From positions 1 to 32,799 of the IMG/VR virus record IMGVR_UViG_3300033183_000402: a stretch of 32,799 nucleotides of DNA. One strand, given 5' to 3'. Of this stretch, positions 30,057-32,799 are shown one piece after another (the first letter of the stretch is position 1; each line of letters opens with the position of its first letter). This DNA comes from a virus. Below the pieces are notes generated by a model. That model was not told where the DNA came from, ran no database searches, and worked only from the letters and a program-made list of their open reading frames with translations. The translations under genes and the position numbers were made by a program.

Positions 30057-30536
30057 ATGGAACCCCTCAGCATCCTTGCGGCTGCCTCCGCTGCCGTAGG
30101 GACTGCCAAGCGCCTAGTCGAAATGGGCGGCGATATTGAGAACATGATTCAGCAACTGGGCAAGTGGGCTTCCTACGCCGACCAGCTTAGGTCATGGGCT
30201 GGCAGGGTGGAAAGCAAGCCGCCCCTGTTCAAAGCGCTGAACTTTGGCAACGCCACCCAAGAGGCGCTCAACGCCGTCATGGTGAAAAACAAGCTGGCGG
30301 CCCAAGAGAAAGAAATCGCCGAGTTGCTCCAGTGGCACGCGCCACCTGGGTCGTATGAGGCGTTCATTGCCGAGCGGCGGCGTATCCGCACCGAGCAGAA
30401 CCGGATGATTTACCTGCAAGCCCAGCGGCGCAAGGCGTTTTTAATCAACGCGGGGTATTTGGGTGCGCTAGCGGTGCTTTTGAGTGCGCTGGCGTGGTTG
30501 GGCTTTATTGGCTACGAGATGTGGCAGGGGCGTTAG
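30057..30536 (+). CDS. Hypothetical membrane protein with a C-terminal TM segment
   Basis: 159 aa. The start abuts the upstream stop (TAAATG). The C-terminal TM segment is FLINAGYLGALAVLLSALAWLGFIGY. Confidence 0.6.
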   Translation: MEPLSILAAASAAVGTAKRLVEMGGDIENMIQQLGKWASYADQLRSWAGRVESKPPLFKALNFGNATQEALNAVMVKNKLAAQEKEIAELLQWHAPPGSYEAFIAERRRIRTEQNRMIYLQAQRRKAFLINAGYLGALAVLLSALAWLGFIGYEMWQGR

Positions 30537-30537
30537 G

Positions 30538-30864
30538 CTATTTGCAGCTAGCTTGGCCAAGGGTGACCCGTTTATTCTGGTTTACCAAGACGCCAATATC
30601 TATGACTTTGACGATGACCTTTTTGCCTTTCAGCCCCTCGTCGTACAAAACCTCGCAGACGTAATTCGCGTAACCGTTGCGATTGGTGCCGTCATTAAGC
30701 ACCCCCACCAACAGGGTGCCCGGGGTTGACCACGCCGCGTCTTTGATTTTGACCTCCTCCTTAATCGGTTTTTGCGCCACAGCTTTCTGTTTGCTCTCGG
30801 GGATGGAGGCTTCATAGGGTTTATCTGTGCCGCTGAAATCACAAAAGCTCACCCCGAAACTCAA
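30538..30864 (-). CDS. Hypothetical protein of the antisense moron cassette (start unresolved)
   Basis: 108 aa from TTG 30864. The in-frame upstream sequence encodes a hydrophobic segment (WRLGWVIIF) but has no ATG, GTG or TTG. The region is AT-richer and convergent with the late gene that ends at 30536. Confidence 0.5.
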   Translation of the reverse strand: MSFGVSFCDFSGTDKPYEASIPESKQKAVAQKPIKEEVKIKDAAWSTPGTLLVGVLNDGTNRNGYANYVCEVLYDEGLKGKKVIVKVIDIGVLVNQNKRVTLGQASCK

Positions 30865-30960
30865 AAAAATAATTACCCAGCCTAATCTCCAAATATTGAA
30901 TCCCCGTGGTGTCGATGCAGGATTAGGCGGCCAATACGAGCTGTGAAAATGGCTGAAGCG

Positions 30961-31602
30961 CTAGATGTCATCCTTATTTTTAAGCTGCCGTTTTTCTTCC
31001 TTTAATCGCTGCCGGCGCATCGCCTCACGCCATGTTTCGCCAGCCATCTCAATACCCCAGCCCCGCCCGCAAGACTCGGACTTCAAGGCTAAAGTTTTTC
31101 CGTTAGCTTCCCAAAGCCACCAGTCGCAATTCTTTGACTGATTCTTCTTACGAGTCCACATTCCATATTTTGATGTCAAGGCTTGGATGAGGTCTAGCGA
31201 CTCGCCTTCGTAAAAGCCTTCGACAGTAAATTTCGCTACCTTTCCTCCAAGGATGGCGAAGCGGATGGGTCGCCATCTTCCAAGGATTCTGATGTGCATT
31301 TGCTCTAGCCTTGGGTCGGCCTGGAATACGCCCGGTGGAGGCAGGCCATCCCTCTCAAGGCGGGCAAAATTGCCGCTCTTGGCCATACGTTCTTTTTCAC
31401 ACTTTTGCCGGCTTCGTACTGCGTTATTGCCCTCAACCCAGCGCTTCTCACTGAAGTACCGTTGCCTTTCGACCCAAAACTCTTTGTGGGTCTTGACGAC
31501 CAATCCGCAATCCAGTTCAACGTCGACAGAAAAGCCTTTTACCTCCAAAGCGTGGGCGTGAACAGCAAAGGCCAATAGCGCCGCTGCAGTTAGTTTTTTC
31601 AT
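30961..31602 (-). CDS. Exported hypothetical protein (Sec signal peptide), antisense moron cassette
   Basis: 213 aa. GGAGG lies 6 nt upstream of the ATG. Signal peptide MKKLTAAALLAFAVHAHA|LEV. Four Cys and a highly charged C-terminal tail. Confidence 0.75.
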   Translation of the reverse strand: MKKLTAAALLAFAVHAHALEVKGFSVDVELDCGLVVKTHKEFWVERQRYFSEKRWVEGNNAVRSRQKCEKERMAKSGNFARLERDGLPPPGVFQADPRLEQMHIRILGRWRPIRFAILGGKVAKFTVEGFYEGESLDLIQALTSKYGMWTRKKNQSKNCDWWLWEANGKTLALKSESCGRGWGIEMAGETWREAMRRQRLKEEKRQLKNKDDI

Positions 31603-31622
31603 ACCGAACCTCCGAGGTGCAG

Positions 31623-32180
31623 ATGCTTACTTTACTACTTTCATTTTTGACCGGGACTATTGGCCCGCTGCTGCCAAACCTGCTGGGGTTGTTTCGCGAG
31701 GCGTCGGACAAGAAGCACGAGCGGGCGATGATTGAGCTTCGCATGAAGCACGCCGCCCAAGAGCACACGTGGCGTATGGAGGAGATATCTGCCCGGGCCG
31801 ACATCGAGGAGGCCAAGGTGCTCCACAAGCCGCAGGGGTCATTTGGGGTGCAGTTGATTGACGCCGCTGACAAGTGGGCTGACTCCACGTGGGGCAAGTG
31901 TCTGGTCACCCCGGCCTTTTACGCCTTTGTGCTGCTGGACTTCGTAAACGGGCTGGTACGGCCCACCATCGCGTATGCCGCCTTTGGGTTCTACATGGCC
32001 TACAAGTGGTCGGTCTACCAAATCGCTGTGGAGTCGATGGAGACGGTTCAGGCCATCAACCAGACCTGGGGCGAGAACGACTGGGCGGTGCTCTTAATGG
32101 TGCTGGGTTTCTTCTTTGGGCAGCGGGCTGCCAAGGCGGTGCTGGGTGGCTCGACCTCCACGGGCAAGGCCAATGGATGA
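31623..32180 (+). CDS. Holin (multi-TM, resembles the 3TM GTA-type holin family)
   Basis: The track starts at GTG 31617. I prefer the ATG at 31623, with GAGG 5 nt upstream. It has an N-terminal hydrophobic segment, a charged helix, then TM segments (VTPAFYAFVLLDFV, IAYAAFGFYMAY, WAVLLMVLGFFFG). It overlaps the endolysin start. Confidence 0.6.
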   Translation: MLTLLLSFLTGTIGPLLPNLLGLFREASDKKHERAMIELRMKHAAQEHTWRMEEISARADIEEAKVLHKPQGSFGVQLIDAADKWADSTWGKCLVTPAFYAFVLLDFVNGLVRPTIAYAAFGFYMAYKWSVYQIAVESMETVQAINQTWGENDWAVLLMVLGFFFGQRAAKAVLGGSTSTGKANG

Positions 32181-32619
32181 GGTGCTGGAGATAGCCGCCG
32201 AGATAGCCAAGCCATTTGAGGGGCTACGGCTGAAGGCGTACCACGACCCCGTGGGCTACCCAACGCAGGGCTATGGGCGGCTGCTATCCCGAACCCCGTG
32301 GGCACCCCTAGAGGGCTACCCCGACATCGACGAGCACACCGCCGAGGAGTGGCTAAAGGCCGACATGGCTCGGGCGGTGAGGGCAGCCATCAGGCTATGC
32401 CCGGGGGCTGAATCCCCAGCCCAATTGGCTGCCTTGGCCGACTTCGCGTTTAACTGTGGTGGGGGCAATTTGCAAGTCAGTACCCTGCGGCGCAAGGTAA
32501 ACCGTAAAGATTACCTTGCTGCTGAGGCTGAATTTGCCAAATGGGTCTTTGCTCGGGGCGTGAAGTTGGCCGGGCTGGTGAGGCGTCGCAAGGCCGAGGC
32601 GAGGGTGTTCGGCGGATAG
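32173..32619 (+). CDS. Endolysin, GH24 lysozyme
   Basis: The track starts at 32116. I prefer the ATG at 32173. 148 aa. FEGLRLKAYHDPVGYPTQGYG carries the E-x8-D-x5-T catalytic signature. Confidence 0.85.
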   Translation: MDEVLEIAAEIAKPFEGLRLKAYHDPVGYPTQGYGRLLSRTPWAPLEGYPDIDEHTAEEWLKADMARAVRAAIRLCPGAESPAQLAALADFAFNCGGGNLQVSTLRRKVNRKDYLAAEAEFAKWVFARGVKLAGLVRRRKAEARVFGG

Positions 32620-32640
32620 TTAGTCCGACGGTCTGAGGCA

Positions 32641-32715
32641 AAAAAGCGTTCAGCAAAAAGAGTCGAGTCCTACGCACTCAAGGGCTAAAAAACAGGTTTT
32701 ATGCTGAACGTTTTT
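32641..32715. promoter_or_regulatory. Long-loop inverted repeat next to attR carrying the arm-type motif
   Basis: AAAAAGCGTTCAGCA (32641-32655) pairs with TGCTGAACGTTTTT (32702-32715). The perfect core is 9 bp (CGTTCAGCA) and the loop is about 46 nt. The motif resembles CGTTCATCAAAA near attL. Confidence 0.5.
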
Positions 32716-32752
32716 GGCGCTAACTCAATGATTTTTCAAAGCAACTTGAGTA

Positions 32753-32799
32753 GACTGTTAATCCGCAGGTCGCAGGTTCGAGCCCTGCTCGGGGAGCCA
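32753..32799 (+). repeat. attR core (right copy of the 47-bp repeat; a displaced tRNA-Asn 3' fragment, not a full tRNA)
   Basis: Exact copy of 1-47. The upstream sequence (GCAACTTGAGTA) cannot form the tRNA 5' half. Confidence 0.9.

Larger units (their letters stand above)
1..32799. mobile_element. Complete integrated temperate phage (prophage) bounded by attL/attR. Lambdoid regulatory layout with a podovirus-like virion module.
   Basis: Identical 47-bp direct repeats sit at both window edges. An integrase lies next to the left repeat. Recombination, immunity, replication, Q-like, packaging, head, tail and lysis modules follow in order. No non-phage housekeeping genes are present. Confidence 0.9.

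Noticed and set aside
32753-32799. Possible second complete tRNA-Asn gene at the right edge
   Set aside because: Only the 3' 47 nt are present. The preceding bases (..CTTGAGTA) cannot form the anticodon-stem 5' strand, the D-arm or the acceptor 5' strand. It is the displaced att fragment.
1-32799. Search for known defence or counter-defence hallmarks: reverse transcriptase/DGR near the tail fibre, CRISPR repeats, P-loop NTPase or nuclease pairs, toxin-antitoxin pairs, methyltransferases
   Set aside because: None of the translated ORFs shows RT (YxDD), Walker-A ATPase (other than TerL), methyltransferase (DPPY or FxGxG) or classic toxin motifs. The Cro-like protein belongs to a family sometimes annotated as the YdaS antitoxin, but its position and partner (CI-type repressor) indicate a lysis-lysogeny switch.

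Overview
The window is one complete temperate phage genome of about 32.7 kb, integrated into the 3' end of a tRNA-Asn(GTT) gene. Its two edges are identical 47-bp att direct repeats (1-47 and 32753-32799).

Gene order is lambdoid.
- Left arm, minus strand: tyrosine integrase, DUF4224 Xis-like protein, a 40-aa membrane peptide missing from the ORF track, SSB, a double-HTH protein, YqaJ exonuclease, ERF annealase and three unknown early genes.
- Immunity region: a CI-type repressor (HTH plus S24 peptidase) with an unusual N-terminal extension of about 325 aa, divergent from a Cro/YdaS-like gene that looks leaderless.
- Right arm, plus strand: a replication gene with phased GTCCGCA iterons inside it, NinB, an HNH protein, a nuclease-like protein, a zinc-ribbon protein, then a lambda-Q-like zinc-finger protein followed by a promoter/terminator unit.
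- Late operon: DUF3008 peptide, a 469-aa HExxH protein, terS-like gene, TerL, portal, scaffold, SU10/DUF5309-type major capsid, adaptor, several tail and internal virion proteins, collar-domain tail fibre, 3TM holin and GH24 endolysin. No tape measure, sheath or tube gene is present, so a podovirus-like virion is inferred.

The cargo that looks non-core is:
- the repressor extension;
- the HExxH protein ahead of the terminase;
- two AT-richer cassettes antisense to the late operon that encode exported proteins (13527-13916 between terS and terL; 30538-31602 inside the lysis region);
- three unknown genes directly after the putative PL.

I saw no CRISPR array, rRNA, transposase, reverse transcriptase or recognisable known defence-system enzyme. 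All functional calls rest on motifs read from the translations. No database search was run.
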